Shown here: positions 1 to 10,544 of the stretch, piece by piece
How positions within the stretch are numbered: the stretch's first letter is position 1
Layout: each line of letters opens with the position of its first letter
Origin: Candidatus Latescibacterota bacterium
Lineage (GTDB): Bacteria > Latescibacterota > UBA2968 > GCA-2709665
Assembly: GCA_965116875.1 (NCBI GenBank)
Contig: OZ220733.1
Location: forward strand, 3,488,001 to 3,552,000
Reading direction: 5' to 3'
Length of the DNA: 64,000 bases
The notes under the pieces: generated by a model
Databases searched by the model: none
What the model saw: only the letters and a program-made list of their open reading frames with translations
Told to the model about the DNA's origin: nothing
Position numbers and translations under genes: made by a program

Positions 1-98
1 CGTTATGTGACAACTATCGGAAACCTTACGCGACGAGTATATCGATATTTTCTTACACCGCGCTAAGGGATGTCTTCGCGCGATCTGGTGTTTAGAGA

Positions 99-3000
99 AT
101 GCGTTTCCTTGTCTTTAGACATTCGCTCTCATGGCTACTGCAAACCGTTCGATTCACGCTCGGCGCCTCGGTAATGTTTTGCCTGTTGTTATTCGTTCTA
201 CCGTGGTCGCCGTCCACGCAGCCCAGCGGGTTTTTCCTCACGCTGGACCTGGACGATGCCGCAGCCGACCAGGCTGTTTCCTCGCTCGACCTCCTTCGCG
301 ATCAGCCCTTCTCCATCCAGATCTTCGGTAAGGATATTCAGAATGCCACCGGCATTTTCGTGCGCTTGCGTTTCGATGCATCCGAGGTCCTATACGTGGG
401 CTTCGATCCGGGTGATGTGCTGCCCAGCGTCCAGGCCGCCGTACAGCAGGATTCCACGTCCCTTACCATCGCCGTCTATTCCTCGAGTGGTTCCGCATCG
501 GTGAACGCGGGTCGGATCGGCACGTTTCGCTTCCGTACGACGGACGCGTTTTCGGACACGGAGGTGTGGTTGGTGGACGCGGGACTTTCCCGCGGCGGGC
601 AGATCGAGACGATCTCACCTGACATTGGCGTGGCGCTGCACGTGGCCGCGGCTCCATCTCCGGACTTCGACGGCGACGGCGTGGTGGGCTTCTCGGACTT
701 CGTGGCCTTCGCCGGTGTATTCGGGACAGAGCGTGGCGACAACAGGTACGTGGCGGCGTACGATCTGAACGGCAACGGCGGCATCGGCTTCGATGACTTT
801 GTGGTCTTCGCCAGCAACTTCGGCAAGAATCCCAATCGCGCTCCCACTTTCGGCGCGGCGCCGCGGGTGACACGTACCTTGGAAGAAAATACGGCTGCCG
901 GTGAGCCCATCGGGAACCCGGTCACGGCCACGGATGCCGACGGCAATTCCCTGACGTACCGCCTGCGTGGCGTGCACGCGGACAGCTTTGCGATTAAACC
1001 GGGCACGGGTCAGCTTCTCACGAAGGCAGGGATTGCGTACGACCACGAGGCCATGGACAGGTATTCCGTGACGGTACGCGCCAGCGACGCGCAGGGCGGT
1101 CGCGCCACGGTTGTGGTGGGCATCACGGTCACGGATGTGGACGAACCCCCTTCCGCGGCGCCAGATAGCGTGCGGGTCGCTACCCTCGAGGGCGCGCTTG
1201 CCGTGACGTGGACGCCGTCGCTGGACGAGATCGGCAAGCCCACCGTGAGCGGGTACGAGGTGGGGCATAGGCCGGCAGAGGCCCAAGTATGGCGGGAGGG
1301 GCTGCTGGTGGAAGGCCGCACGGATACTGGCGTCACATTGTCAGGTCTGACCAATGATCAGGCGTATCACGTGCGCGTGCGGGCATTGAACGACGAGGGT
1401 GCAAGCCCCTGGTCGGCGCCCGTTGCGGGTGCTCCCACGGCGGGTCCGCGCCCCCGTGGCGTGGTCCGCGACCTGACGGTAAACGTAGACAGCGTCGCGC
1501 AGGTGAACCTCGCCAGCCTGTTCACACGGCCCGCCCTCGGGGCGCTGACCTACGGCGCGACGTCGTCGGACGAGGGGGTTGCCACAGTCACCGTGGCGGA
1601 TACGATGGCGACAGTGTTCGGCGTGGCCACGGGGCGTGCGACCCTCACCGCCACGGCCAGGGACGTGTACGGCGACAGCGCACAGACGAAGTTAGGCGTG
1701 GTCGTAACGACATCGTCAGCGCCACCGCAAAACAACAGGCCACCGTCCTTCGACGACGGATCGGCCACGTCGCGCACCTTGGCGGAGAACACGCCCGCAC
1801 GCCGGCCCATCCAGCATCCGGTGCGCGCCACCGACCCGGACGATGACCTCGTGACGTACAGACTGTCGGGGCCGGACTCCGCCAGTTTCGCCGTTGACAC
1901 AGGTACAGGGCAACTGCGCACGTTGTCGGGCATCACATATGACTTCGAGGACAACGACCGGTATTCCATAATTCTGGAAGGCAGCGATCCTTACGGCGAA
2001 TCCGCCACGATCGGCGTCACGGTACACGTGTCCGACGTGGACGAGCCGCCCGAGATTCCCGCGGCGCCGGTGGTCCAGCCCGCGTCGACGACCAGCCTGG
2101 CGGTCACGTGGGACGCGCCGGACAACACGGGTCCGGATATCACCGACTACGACGTGCAATATCGGAAGAGCGGCAGCTTCATCCCCCATTCACACATAGG
2201 GCCAGGGACGAGTGCGACCATCATCGACCTCGACGTCAACACCCGCTACGAGGTGCAGGTGCGGGCAACGAACGACGAAGGGAACTCCCAATATTCCCGC
2301 TCCGGCTTCGGCGTCACCAGTTCCAACCTCCCGCCGGTGTTCGACGAGGGACAAAGCGCCACGCGCGAGGTGGCAGAAAATACCAGCGGTGTGCAGGACC
2401 TGGGCACGCCCCTGCGCGCGAACGACCCGGAAAACACAGCAGTGACGTACAGCCTTTCCCGCGGCGACACCGGGAGCTTCGACATCGATGAGAATACGGG
2501 GCAGCTGCAGACGAAAACCGGCGTGACCTACGACTTCGAGGCGAAGGACCGCTATTCCGTGACGGTGCAAGCTCAGGACGAACAGAACGGCCGCGCCACC
2601 ATCTCCGTGACCGTCAACGTGACCGACGACGACAGCGAGACGCCGGAGACGCCCGATAAGCCCACGATCACCGCACAGACGCTGAACAGCCTTTCCATAC
2701 GCTGGACGGCGCCTGCCAACACCGGGCCTGCCATCAACGACTACGACGTGCAGTACCGGGAGGGAAGCAGCGGCGCTTTCACCGACTGGCCGCACACGGG
2801 GCCCGGGACGACCACGACCGTCACCGGCCTGAACCCGAACACAGCGTACCAGGTGCAGGTGCTGGCCCGTTCGCCCGAAGGGGAGAGCTCCTGGTCCGCG
2901 TCGGCAGATGCCAGGACCGTGGCCAACCGTGCGCCCACGTTCAACGAGGGCACGAGCACCACGCGCTCATTGGCTGAAAACACCATGGGTACACACGACA

Positions 3001-6000
3001 TCGGCAATCCGCTCACCGCGACGGATACCGACGGAGGCACGCTCACCTACGCCCTCGAAGGCACAGACCGGGCCGCCTTCGCGCACGACGGCAACCAGCT
3101 TCAGACGCTATCGGGACAGACTTACGACTTCGAGGCGAAGCCCCGCTATAAGGTGAAGGTACGCGTCGAAGACGGGCAGGGCGGCAGCAACACGATCGAA
3201 GTTGCCATCAACCTGACGGACCAGCAGGAAACACCCGATACCCCAGACGCGCCCGACGTCTCGGCGGCCTCGTCCACCAGCCTGGAGGTGACGTGGGAAG
3301 AGCCGGAAAACACGGGCCCGGACATCAACGACTACGACGTGCAGTACCGGGAGGGGGACAGCGGCGGCTTCAGCACATGGACACATAACAGCGCACAGCG
3401 CAGTGCAACCATCACGGGCAGGACGCCGGGCACAAGCTACCAGGTGCAGGTGCTGGCGCGGTCTCCCGAAGGCGCCAGCGACTGGTCGGAACCGGGCACG
3501 GGAAGCACGGATGCCAACGCTTTACCCGTGTTTAGCGACGGAGGCAGCGCTACCCGCGCTCTTGATGAGAACACGACGGGCGTGAAGGACGTCGGCGCCC
3601 CGGTCAGTGCGACCGACGCTGAGAAGACCACGCTGACGTACGCGCTTGAAGGCACGCACGCGGACTCCTTCTCCATCGACACCCGCAGCGGCCAGCTCAA
3701 GACCAAGACGGGCAGGACCTACGACTTCGAGGCTCTGTCCCGCTATTCCGTGAACGTGAAGGCCACGGACGGCCACGGCGGCGAGAGTACGATCCCGGTA
3801 TCCATCGACCTGAACGACCTCAACGAGGCCCCGGTCTTCACCAGCGGCAGGGCCTTCGAGGCGGCGGAGAACCAGTCCTTCGCCGGGACGGTCGCCGCCG
3901 CCGACCCGGACCAGGGCGATGCCGTCACAGCCTACACCCTGACCGGCGGCAGCGACCAGGGTCTGTTCGAGATCAACAGCGCCGGGACGCTGTCTTTCAA
4001 GGAGAACCCCGACTTTGAGAGTCCTGCGGACGCGGACAGGAACCGACAGTACAACGTGGCCGTGACCGCAACCGCCGGCGCCGGAGGCCGCGCCTTGACC
4101 GCCCGTCAGTCGATCGCCATCACCCTCACCGACGAGAACGAGCCGCCGGTTTTCACCATTGAAGACACCTTCGAGGTCACCGAGAACACCCGGTTCGTCG
4201 GACGAATGGTGGCCCAGGACGTCGATGCCGGTGATGCCATTACCGGCTACGCTGTCACGGGCGCCGCCGACGGAGACCTGTTCGGGATCGCCAGCACAAA
4301 CCAGCTGCGCTTCAAGGAGGATCCCGACTTCGAGACGCCCGCGGATGCAGGAAGCAACAACGTCTACAGCGTGGTGGTGGAGGCGACCGGCGGCAGCGGC
4401 GCCCGCGAACTGACGGGCGCCAAGAAGGTCGTCGTCCTCGTGAAGGATGACGTGGAACCGCCGGGCAAGCCGGACCCGCCTGCGGTAAGTGAAGAGACCG
4501 AGAGCAGCCTGACCGTGACATGGACGGCGCCGGAAAACACCGGTCCCGTCATAACCAACTACCACGTGCAATACAGGCAAGGCGTCAGCGGGGCCTTCAC
4601 GGATTGGCCCGAGTCCGGCCCGTCCCTGTCTCGCACGATTACCGACGTGAGTTCGGGCAGAGTCTACCGGATCCAGGTACAGGCGCAGAACGACGAAGGG
4701 AAGGGTCCGTGGTCCGACGTGGCCTACGGCCTGATCCTCCCGGCGCCGGTGGTTTCTTCCCCGACCCCGGTCTTCACGCCCGCTCCGGACGAGGACCATG
4801 TCTTCGATCAGCCGGTGACCCATTCCTATAGAGGCGACTACACGAGTAAGCTGGATCCCGGCGACCACACCCGCACCCACGTGAAGTACGACGACGGCAC
4901 GCTCGAGCCGGCAACCGGTACTGCCGGGATCGACATCACCAACAAGAACGCGGGTACCGAATACCACGCGATCACGATAGGCGACAGCGCCGCGATCAAT
5001 GCAAGTGGAAGCGTCGCGGCCAACATCACAGCCGAGGGCAACTCCGGGAACCTTCGGATCCTGAACCGGGGCTCCGTTACTCTCGATAGCGCGGGAATTG
5101 GCATCCGCGCGGTAATGAAGGCCTCCCCCGCCAACATACGCCTCGTGAATGACGGAGACATCACGCTGAACGGTCTCACCGCCGCGCCCGATTCGGCTCA
5201 ATCCAACCATCGTCTTGTGGTCGGGAGCCTCAACAAGGCGGCGGAGCCCCACGACTTTTCAAACTACAGCCACAAGGTCGAGTTGTTCAACATGCCCGGC
5301 GGCCAACTCATTGCCACCGGTCCCTACAACGAACGGGTTGACGGCCTGAAGGCCGAGACCGGGAGCGGACACCTCACACGACTGGTCAACTACGCGGAAG
5401 GCGTGATCCGGATCGAAGGAGAGGGCGCGCGCGGGATCTCGGCTCAGAGTCTCTGGGGAGCGTCACAGGGTCTCAACTTCGGCTCAATCGAAATCAACGG
5501 TTTGTTTGCGATAGGCCTGCACACGGGTAACTGCTCGCCGTGGCCGTTCACGGACAACGGTTGCCATGGGGCCCTGGATGAGATCGTCCCCGACCGGACC
5601 AGCTACGTGCCGGGCGACGTCTACGCGAGGAACTACAGCAATGCCTCCATCACCACGAGGCCGACCACACGCACGGACGACACGCGCCCGCAGCGCCACG
5701 GATACGGAATCAGCGCGAGGACTCAAAATGCCGGCCGGATCTTCGCGATCAACGAAGGGACGATCGACACCGAGGGTAAATGGAGCCATGGTATATATGC
5801 ATACGGTTACCATAATCGCAGAGATCTCGATGACGATAAGTACCCCGATATTCCGGACTACCCTGACACGTGGGAGCACGACGGCGTCTATGTGGTGAAC
5901 ACCGGCACGGTCACCACGGACGGAGAGGCAGCCCACGGTATTCGTGCCGAGCATCACCGAGGCGGCGAGATCAAGGTATTCAACACCGGGAATATCTCAG

Positions 6001-6419
6001 CGACGAGTAAGCACTCGACGAATGCGGAATCTACGTGGTCGGCGGGAATCTCGATTGCGGCGATGGGTGCGGACGTTCCCGGACCGGGATGCGAGACCGC
6101 GGCGGGAGGTCCGGCCGACCCGGACATCGATTGCGCGTCCGTCTACCGTGTGGGCAACGTCCTGGTCCGGAACAGCAGTGACATTGGCGCCCCCGAGGGG
6201 GTCGCGGAGGCTCCCAGCATCGGTATCGACGTGGTGAGCGAGGGCGGGGATATCACGATTATCCACGACGGGAGCATCACGGCCGCCAGGATCGGGATTC
6301 GCGTGAAGACCTCGGGGCAAGGCATGATCACCCTGTACGTAAACGGCGCATTGAACGCGCCGAGGAAGCACCAGGTCATTGGCGGAACGAACAATGACAT
6401 TGTCGTCAACGAGCTTTAG
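99..6419 (+). CDS. Giant secreted surface protein/adhesin: cohesin-like domain, dockerin-like double EF-hand, alternating cadherin and fibronectin-III domains, C-terminal beta-helix-like region
   Basis: 2106-aa ORF with N-terminal hydrophobic signal; PDFDGDGVVGFSDF...YDLNGNGGIGFDDF paired Ca-binding loops; repeated ENT...PVxATDxD...YDFE (cadherin) and W.AP.NTGP.I.DYDVQYR (FnIII) motifs; C-terminal N.G.I.T.G..A.GI repeats. Start could be 99 or 174. Confidence 0.85.
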   Translation: MRFLVFRHSLSWLLQTVRFTLGASVMFCLLLFVLPWSPSTQPSGFFLTLDLDDAAADQAVSSLDLLRDQPFSIQIFGKDIQNATGIFVRLRFDASEVLYVGFDPGDVLPSVQAAVQQDSTSLTIAVYSSSGSASVNAGRIGTFRFRTTDAFSDTEVWLVDAGLSRGGQIETISPDIGVALHVAAAPSPDFDGDGVVGFSDFVAFAGVFGTERGDNRYVAAYDLNGNGGIGFDDFVVFASNFGKNPNRAPTFGAAPRVTRTLEENTAAGEPIGNPVTATDADGNSLTYRLRGVHADSFAIKPGTGQLLTKAGIAYDHEAMDRYSVTVRASDAQGGRATVVVGITVTDVDEPPSAAPDSVRVATLEGALAVTWTPSLDEIGKPTVSGYEVGHRPAEAQVWREGLLVEGRTDTGVTLSGLTNDQAYHVRVRALNDEGASPWSAPVAGAPTAGPRPRGVVRDLTVNVDSVAQVNLASLFTRPALGALTYGATSSDEGVATVTVADTMATVFGVATGRATLTATARDVYGDSAQTKLGVVVTTSSAPPQNNRPPSFDDGSATSRTLAENTPARRPIQHPVRATDPDDDLVTYRLSGPDSASFAVDTGTGQLRTLSGITYDFEDNDRYSIILEGSDPYGESATIGVTVHVSDVDEPPEIPAAPVVQPASTTSLAVTWDAPDNTGPDITDYDVQYRKSGSFIPHSHIGPGTSATIIDLDVNTRYEVQVRATNDEGNSQYSRSGFGVTSSNLPPVFDEGQSATREVAENTSGVQDLGTPLRANDPENTAVTYSLSRGDTGSFDIDENTGQLQTKTGVTYDFEAKDRYSVTVQAQDEQNGRATISVTVNVTDDDSETPETPDKPTITAQTLNSLSIRWTAPANTGPAINDYDVQYREGSSGAFTDWPHTGPGTTTTVTGLNPNTAYQVQVLARSPEGESSWSASADARTVANRAPTFNEGTSTTRSLAENTMGTHDIGNPLTATDTDGGTLTYALEGTDRAAFAHDGNQLQTLSGQTYDFEAKPRYKVKVRVEDGQGGSNTIEVAINLTDQQETPDTPDAPDVSAASSTSLEVTWEEPENTGPDINDYDVQYREGDSGGFSTWTHNSAQRSATITGRTPGTSYQVQVLARSPEGASDWSEPGTGSTDANALPVFSDGGSATRALDENTTGVKDVGAPVSATDAEKTTLTYALEGTHADSFSIDTRSGQLKTKTGRTYDFEALSRYSVNVKATDGHGGESTIPVSIDLNDLNEAPVFTSGRAFEAAENQSFAGTVAAADPDQGDAVTAYTLTGGSDQGLFEINSAGTLSFKENPDFESPADADRNRQYNVAVTATAGAGGRALTARQSIAITLTDENEPPVFTIEDTFEVTENTRFVGRMVAQDVDAGDAITGYAVTGAADGDLFGIASTNQLRFKEDPDFETPADAGSNNVYSVVVEATGGSGARELTGAKKVVVLVKDDVEPPGKPDPPAVSEETESSLTVTWTAPENTGPVITNYHVQYRQGVSGAFTDWPESGPSLSRTITDVSSGRVYRIQVQAQNDEGKGPWSDVAYGLILPAPVVSSPTPVFTPAPDEDHVFDQPVTHSYRGDYTSKLDPGDHTRTHVKYDDGTLEPATGTAGIDITNKNAGTEYHAITIGDSAAINASGSVAANITAEGNSGNLRILNRGSVTLDSAGIGIRAVMKASPANIRLVNDGDITLNGLTAAPDSAQSNHRLVVGSLNKAAEPHDFSNYSHKVELFNMPGGQLIATGPYNERVDGLKAETGSGHLTRLVNYAEGVIRIEGEGARGISAQSLWGASQGLNFGSIEINGLFAIGLHTGNCSPWPFTDNGCHGALDEIVPDRTSYVPGDVYARNYSNASITTRPTTRTDDTRPQRHGYGISARTQNAGRIFAINEGTIDTEGKWSHGIYAYGYHNRRDLDDDKYPDIPDYPDTWEHDGVYVVNTGTVTTDGEAAHGIRAEHHRGGEIKVFNTGNISATSKHSTNAESTWSAGISIAAMGADVPGPGCETAAGGPADPDIDCASVYRVGNVLVRNSSDIGAPEGVAEAPSIGIDVVSEGGDITIIHDGSITAARIGIRVKTSGQGMITLYVNGALNAPRKHQVIGGTNNDIVVNEL

Positions 6420-6564
6420 TCTGGTGTTCGCGGGCGGTGGGAGGTGCCTTCTAGATCGTGTCTGCGCAGGGCGTGTTCAGTTGCCAGGACGGAGACATCA
6501 GCGAATAATTCCGCAGGATGCACTTATCACCATCCACAACATCTGCCGACATCTCTCGTCCGGA

Positions 6565-6622
6565 ACGCTGACCTACGGCGCGACGTCGTCCAGCGAGGGG
6601 GTTGCCACGGTCACCGTGGCGG
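6565..6622 (+). repeat. ~57-bp copy of an internal segment (approx. 1543-1599) of the giant adhesin gene
   Basis: cgctgacctacggcgcgacgtcgtc..cgagggggttgccac.gtcaccgtggcgg occurs at both places. Confidence 0.85.
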
Positions 6623-6836
6623 TTACAATCCCTCGGACGTGCTGCACACAGCGCAGAGTCAGTACCACGACCACGTACCCGCGAGGAAATTCGGGCTGGT
6701 CACCGCCTGGATCGACCGGCAGCGGCTTTCGGAGGGCGGGTGCTGGGGCGCAACCGATCGGGTGGAAGAGATGCCGAAGACCGACTATGTCTTCTTTTCG
6801 CTTGGCGAGATGGCGGAGGCTGTGGAGGGGGTTTGA
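6621..6836 (+). pseudogene. 3' fragment of a HAD-superfamily (haloacid dehalogenase-like) hydrolase, copy 1
   Basis: Translates to DVLHTAQSQYHDHVPARKFGLVTAWIDR...DYVFFSLGEMAEAV*, matching the C-terminal motif of HAD hydrolases; no N-terminal part present. Confidence 0.65.
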
Positions 6837-7156
6837 AGCCAATGACCCGGCGTATACCACTGGCAGGGCGGCTTCCAGTCTGGAAAGCCCTCCCGATTAC
6901 GCTTTTTCCGTCCTGATTGGTTCCATCCGGAATATAGCATTCTCATCTAAAATGTGCTTCATGGTCCGAACGGCAACGCCAGTTGGGCCGGTATACCTGG
7001 AGGTTTACAGACAAACCCACTTGCAATCCTTCGCGTCTCAGAAAATCTCATTAGGTTTCTTAATGGATGCGTGTTATCGTAGGTTTACGGTAACATCGCA
7101 TCAAATCTCGGTCTCCGCTGCACGCATCTGGTATCAATCAATCCAGGAGATAGGGC

Positions 7157-10108
7157 ATGAGACAACTAGCTCGTTCGTTCATCCTGATTTTTGTCTTCCT
7201 GCAACCGCTTTTCGCTCAGGATTTTAGCGATCCCAACAGTAATCAGATGCGGCAAGTGCCCGACGGAGCGATTGCACGCCTTGGTAAGGGCGCAATTGGT
7301 GAGAGCGACCGGGCGATCGCTTTTACTCCGGACGGCAGGCTTGTCGCGGTGGCAAGCGGTATTGGCGTATGGCTGTACAATGTGGAGGACCCGGAACAGG
7401 CCACACTGTTTCCCTCCGGCGTTGTCCATTCATTGTCGTTTTCCTCCGATGGCAGCAAGCTTGTCACGGCAAGCGGCCAGTGGAGTGATGGACAGATCAA
7501 GTTATGGGACATGGCGACGGGGACAGGTATTCGCACAGTGCAGGGGTGGACCTTTGGCAGTGCCGCATTTTCTCCTGACGGCAGTACCGTCGCCTACCGC
7601 GCAAGAGATGGCGTGTCTCTTGAACTACGGGATGTAGCCTCATGGATTCCCGCGTCCACCCGTGTCCGCGATGGCGCCAGTTTTCTCCATTGTCTGACGT
7701 TTTCCCCGGATGGCGCGCTCATTGCTACAGGGCACAGTGACGGCACGGTCATTCTGTGGGACGTGGCGACGCGCACCCTTGCCGCCACACTTGCTGGCCA
7801 CAATGGGGAGGTCTACTCCGTAGCTTTCTCACCGGACGGTAGTACCCTTGCCACAGGTGCATCTGACGAAACCGTCAAGCTGTGGGACACTGCAACGCGC
7901 AACAACTTCACGACGCTCGAGGTAAACCAACTTGCGACAACCGTCGCGTTTTCTGCTGACGGATCCCTCATCGCCGCCGGAACATGGTTTCTCAGAGTCA
8001 AACTCTGGAATGCAGCGACAGGTCAAGAATTAAATACATTCAGCGACCATCGCTCTCGGATCCGTGCGGTTTCGTTCTCTCCTGACGGAACGACGCTTGC
8101 CTCTGCTTCCGTCGATGGCACAGTTGTGCTTAGAAATCTGGCTGCTGGAAACACCACCGCCATTGACGGTCATTCGGGGCCGGTTCTGGGTTTAGCATCG
8201 TCACCGGACGGCGGCACACTTGCGTCCTATAACATGTCGTATGGGTCGGGGGTCAAAATATGGGACACGGCAACGCAACGCAAGATCACGACGCTTCGCG
8301 GTCATTATGGTTTACCAATCAAATCGATATCCATTTCACACGACGGAACGACGCTTGCTTCGGCATCCGGCAATAGTGTTATCCTTTGGGACCTGGACAC
8401 ATTTACGGATTTCGCACATCTGAATCACGAGGATCTACCGTATGAGGTCTCGTTTTCACCCGATGGCACTGTTCTGGCCACCGGAGGCTGGCCCGGATGG
8501 GTCAACCTTTGGAATGTGCGAACGCAAGAACAGACCACCCGTGTTACCGGACTGAGCGATGAGGTCAAGGAGCTGGAATTCTCGCCGGACGGAGAATACC
8601 TGGCTTCGGGTCTGAACAACGGTGAGATTAGAACCTGGGACCTGTCCACGGGTGAGACCGCAGCCGTCCTTCAAGGGCTTACCCGTTACGTACTTTCAGT
8701 TGCCTTTTCTTCCGACGTCACAAAGCTGTATGCCGGTTCGTTCAGTGAATCGGTGATGGTATGGGACCTGAAGACAGGCTCGACGATTGAGACACGAAAG
8801 CCAGAGACGTTCGAAAGGGTCGCGTTCTCGCCGGACAGGTCGATGTTTGCCACCGGCTCGCAGGACGGAAACGTAAGGCTCTTCGACATGTCGACGGGAG
8901 AGATCCTATTCACCTTCGAAGGTCATGCGCACTGGGTCAGCAGCCTGTTGTTTTCCACGGACGGTAAGACCCTCGTGTCGGGATCTTATGACGGCACGAT
9001 TCTGTTTTGGGACCTGCAACGCCTTCAATCCGTCCCCTTTGTTTTGAAGGGGGTCTCCGGCATTGAGCAGAAGGCTCCCGCAGGGGCGGTGTTAGCCCAG
9101 CCGTTTGTGGTCTCGGTGAGGGACAAAAATGGGGAACCTCGCGCCGGCGTCGTTGTCACGTTCGAGGTTACCGCCGGCGGCGGCACGCTTTCGGTAACCA
9201 CCGTCACGACCGATGCCAGCGGAAACGCCGCCACGACCCTGACATTGGGGACCCGGCCGGGGACAAACACGGTCGTCGCAACGGTCGCTAATCTCGAGCC
9301 GGTGGCCTTTACTGCCATCGGACAGGCCGTACCCCATGTTTTGCAAGGGGTCTCCGGCATCGAACAGAAAGCGCCGGCAGGGACGGCGTTGGCCCAGCCG
9401 TTCGTGGTCTCGGTGCGGGACAGGAATGGGGAACCCTCCGCCGGTGTCGTTGTCACGTTCGAGGTTACCGCTGGCGGCGGCACGCTTTCGGTAACCACCG
9501 TCACGACCGATGCCAGTGGAAACGCCGCCACGACCCTGACATTGGGGACCCGGCCGGGGACAAACACGGTCGTCGCAACGGTCGCTAATCTCGAGCCGGT
9601 GGCCTTTACTGCCATCGGACAGGCCGTACCCCATGTTTTGCAAGGGGTCTCCGGCATCGAACAGAAAGCGCCGGCAGGGACGGCGTTGGCCCAGCCGTTC
9701 GTGGTCTCGGTGCGGGACAGGAATGGGGAACCCTCCGCCGGTGTCGTTGTCACGTTCGAGGTTACCGCTGGCGGCGGCACGCTTTCGGTAACCACGGACA
9801 CCACCGATGCCAGTGGAAACGCCGCCACGACCATGACATTGGGGCCCCAGCCGGGGACAAACACCGTTGTCGCAACGGTCGCTGATCTCAAGCCAGTGAC
9901 ATTTACTGTCATTGGCGAGGCCAACCCTGACTTTGATGGCGACGGTAAGGTTGGCTTCGGCGATTTTCTACTATTTGTGGAGAGGTTCGGTCTCAGTCAG
10001 GACGACGACGGATATGAAGTTCGGTACGATCTGGACGGCAACGGCGCGGTGGGATTCTCGGACTTCCTGATATTCGCGGGTAATTTCGAGAAGACTGTAG
10101 GTAGTTAG
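7157..10108 (+). CDS. Secreted WD40 beta-propeller protein with three Big_1-like Ig domains and a C-terminal dockerin-like EF-hand domain
   Basis: Signal peptide ending LFA-Q; PDGAIARLGKG start motif; many GH..V.SVAFSPDG..LASGS.D.T..LWD repeats; three 100-aa Ig repeats; PDFDGDGKVGFGDF...YDLDGNGAVGFSDF tail. Confidence 0.9.
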   Translation: MRQLARSFILIFVFLQPLFAQDFSDPNSNQMRQVPDGAIARLGKGAIGESDRAIAFTPDGRLVAVASGIGVWLYNVEDPEQATLFPSGVVHSLSFSSDGSKLVTASGQWSDGQIKLWDMATGTGIRTVQGWTFGSAAFSPDGSTVAYRARDGVSLELRDVASWIPASTRVRDGASFLHCLTFSPDGALIATGHSDGTVILWDVATRTLAATLAGHNGEVYSVAFSPDGSTLATGASDETVKLWDTATRNNFTTLEVNQLATTVAFSADGSLIAAGTWFLRVKLWNAATGQELNTFSDHRSRIRAVSFSPDGTTLASASVDGTVVLRNLAAGNTTAIDGHSGPVLGLASSPDGGTLASYNMSYGSGVKIWDTATQRKITTLRGHYGLPIKSISISHDGTTLASASGNSVILWDLDTFTDFAHLNHEDLPYEVSFSPDGTVLATGGWPGWVNLWNVRTQEQTTRVTGLSDEVKELEFSPDGEYLASGLNNGEIRTWDLSTGETAAVLQGLTRYVLSVAFSSDVTKLYAGSFSESVMVWDLKTGSTIETRKPETFERVAFSPDRSMFATGSQDGNVRLFDMSTGEILFTFEGHAHWVSSLLFSTDGKTLVSGSYDGTILFWDLQRLQSVPFVLKGVSGIEQKAPAGAVLAQPFVVSVRDKNGEPRAGVVVTFEVTAGGGTLSVTTVTTDASGNAATTLTLGTRPGTNTVVATVANLEPVAFTAIGQAVPHVLQGVSGIEQKAPAGTALAQPFVVSVRDRNGEPSAGVVVTFEVTAGGGTLSVTTVTTDASGNAATTLTLGTRPGTNTVVATVANLEPVAFTAIGQAVPHVLQGVSGIEQKAPAGTALAQPFVVSVRDRNGEPSAGVVVTFEVTAGGGTLSVTTDTTDASGNAATTMTLGPQPGTNTVVATVADLKPVTFTVIGEANPDFDGDGKVGFGDFLLFVERFGLSQDDDGYEVRYDLDGNGAVGFSDFLIFAGNFEKTVGS
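9035..9925 (+). repeat. Three tandem 300-bp coding repeats (Big_1-like domains)
   Basis: ggggtctccggcat recurs at a 300-nt period; copies are nearly identical in DNA. Confidence 0.9.
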
Positions 10109-10149
10109 GCCAATTTTGGGTTGGAAATTACCATGTTGGCGGTGGGGTG

Positions 10150-10343
10150 GTTCGGACAGCGCAGAGTCTATACCACGACCACGTACCGGCGAGGAAATTC
10201 GGGCTGGCCACCGCCTGGATCGACCGGCAGCGGCTGTCGGAGGGCGGGAGTTGGGGGCGACCGAGCGGGTGGAAACGACGCCCGAAACGGACTACGTCTT
10301 CTTCTCCCTCGCCGAAATGGCGGACGCAGTAGCGACAGTCTGA
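10150..10343 (+). pseudogene. 3' fragment of a HAD-like hydrolase, copy 2 (frameshifted)
   Basis: TAQSLYHDHVPARKFGLATAWIDRQRLSEGGSW then a 1-nt shift into ATERVETTPETDYVFFSLAEMADAV*; homologous to 6621-6836. Confidence 0.65.
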
Positions 10344-10544
10344 AACCGGTCTGCGGCGACGCGCGCCTCCATTTCTCGCGATTTCGAGGAAAATTCGACA
10401 GAAATCCGTTCGAGAGCTTCCACGTTGTCAGTAATCTATTAGGTTTTTTAATAGCGGAATGTTATATTCGTCCTAAGGCAACCTCAAGGTAATCTACGTG
10501 TGCGTTCTTGCACGTCAGGCATCATCCACGAAAGGAGACTGGTG

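Noticed and set aside
3522-5252. Long antisense ORFs (also 17676-19046, 26711-27784, 33265-34350, 34753-36075, 9025-9924)
   Set aside because: Shadow ORFs opposite well-supported high-GC genes, with no recognisable motifs.
6379-7227. 282-aa ORF
   Set aside because: Patchwork across a duplicated adhesin fragment, an out-of-frame HAD remnant and promoter DNA.
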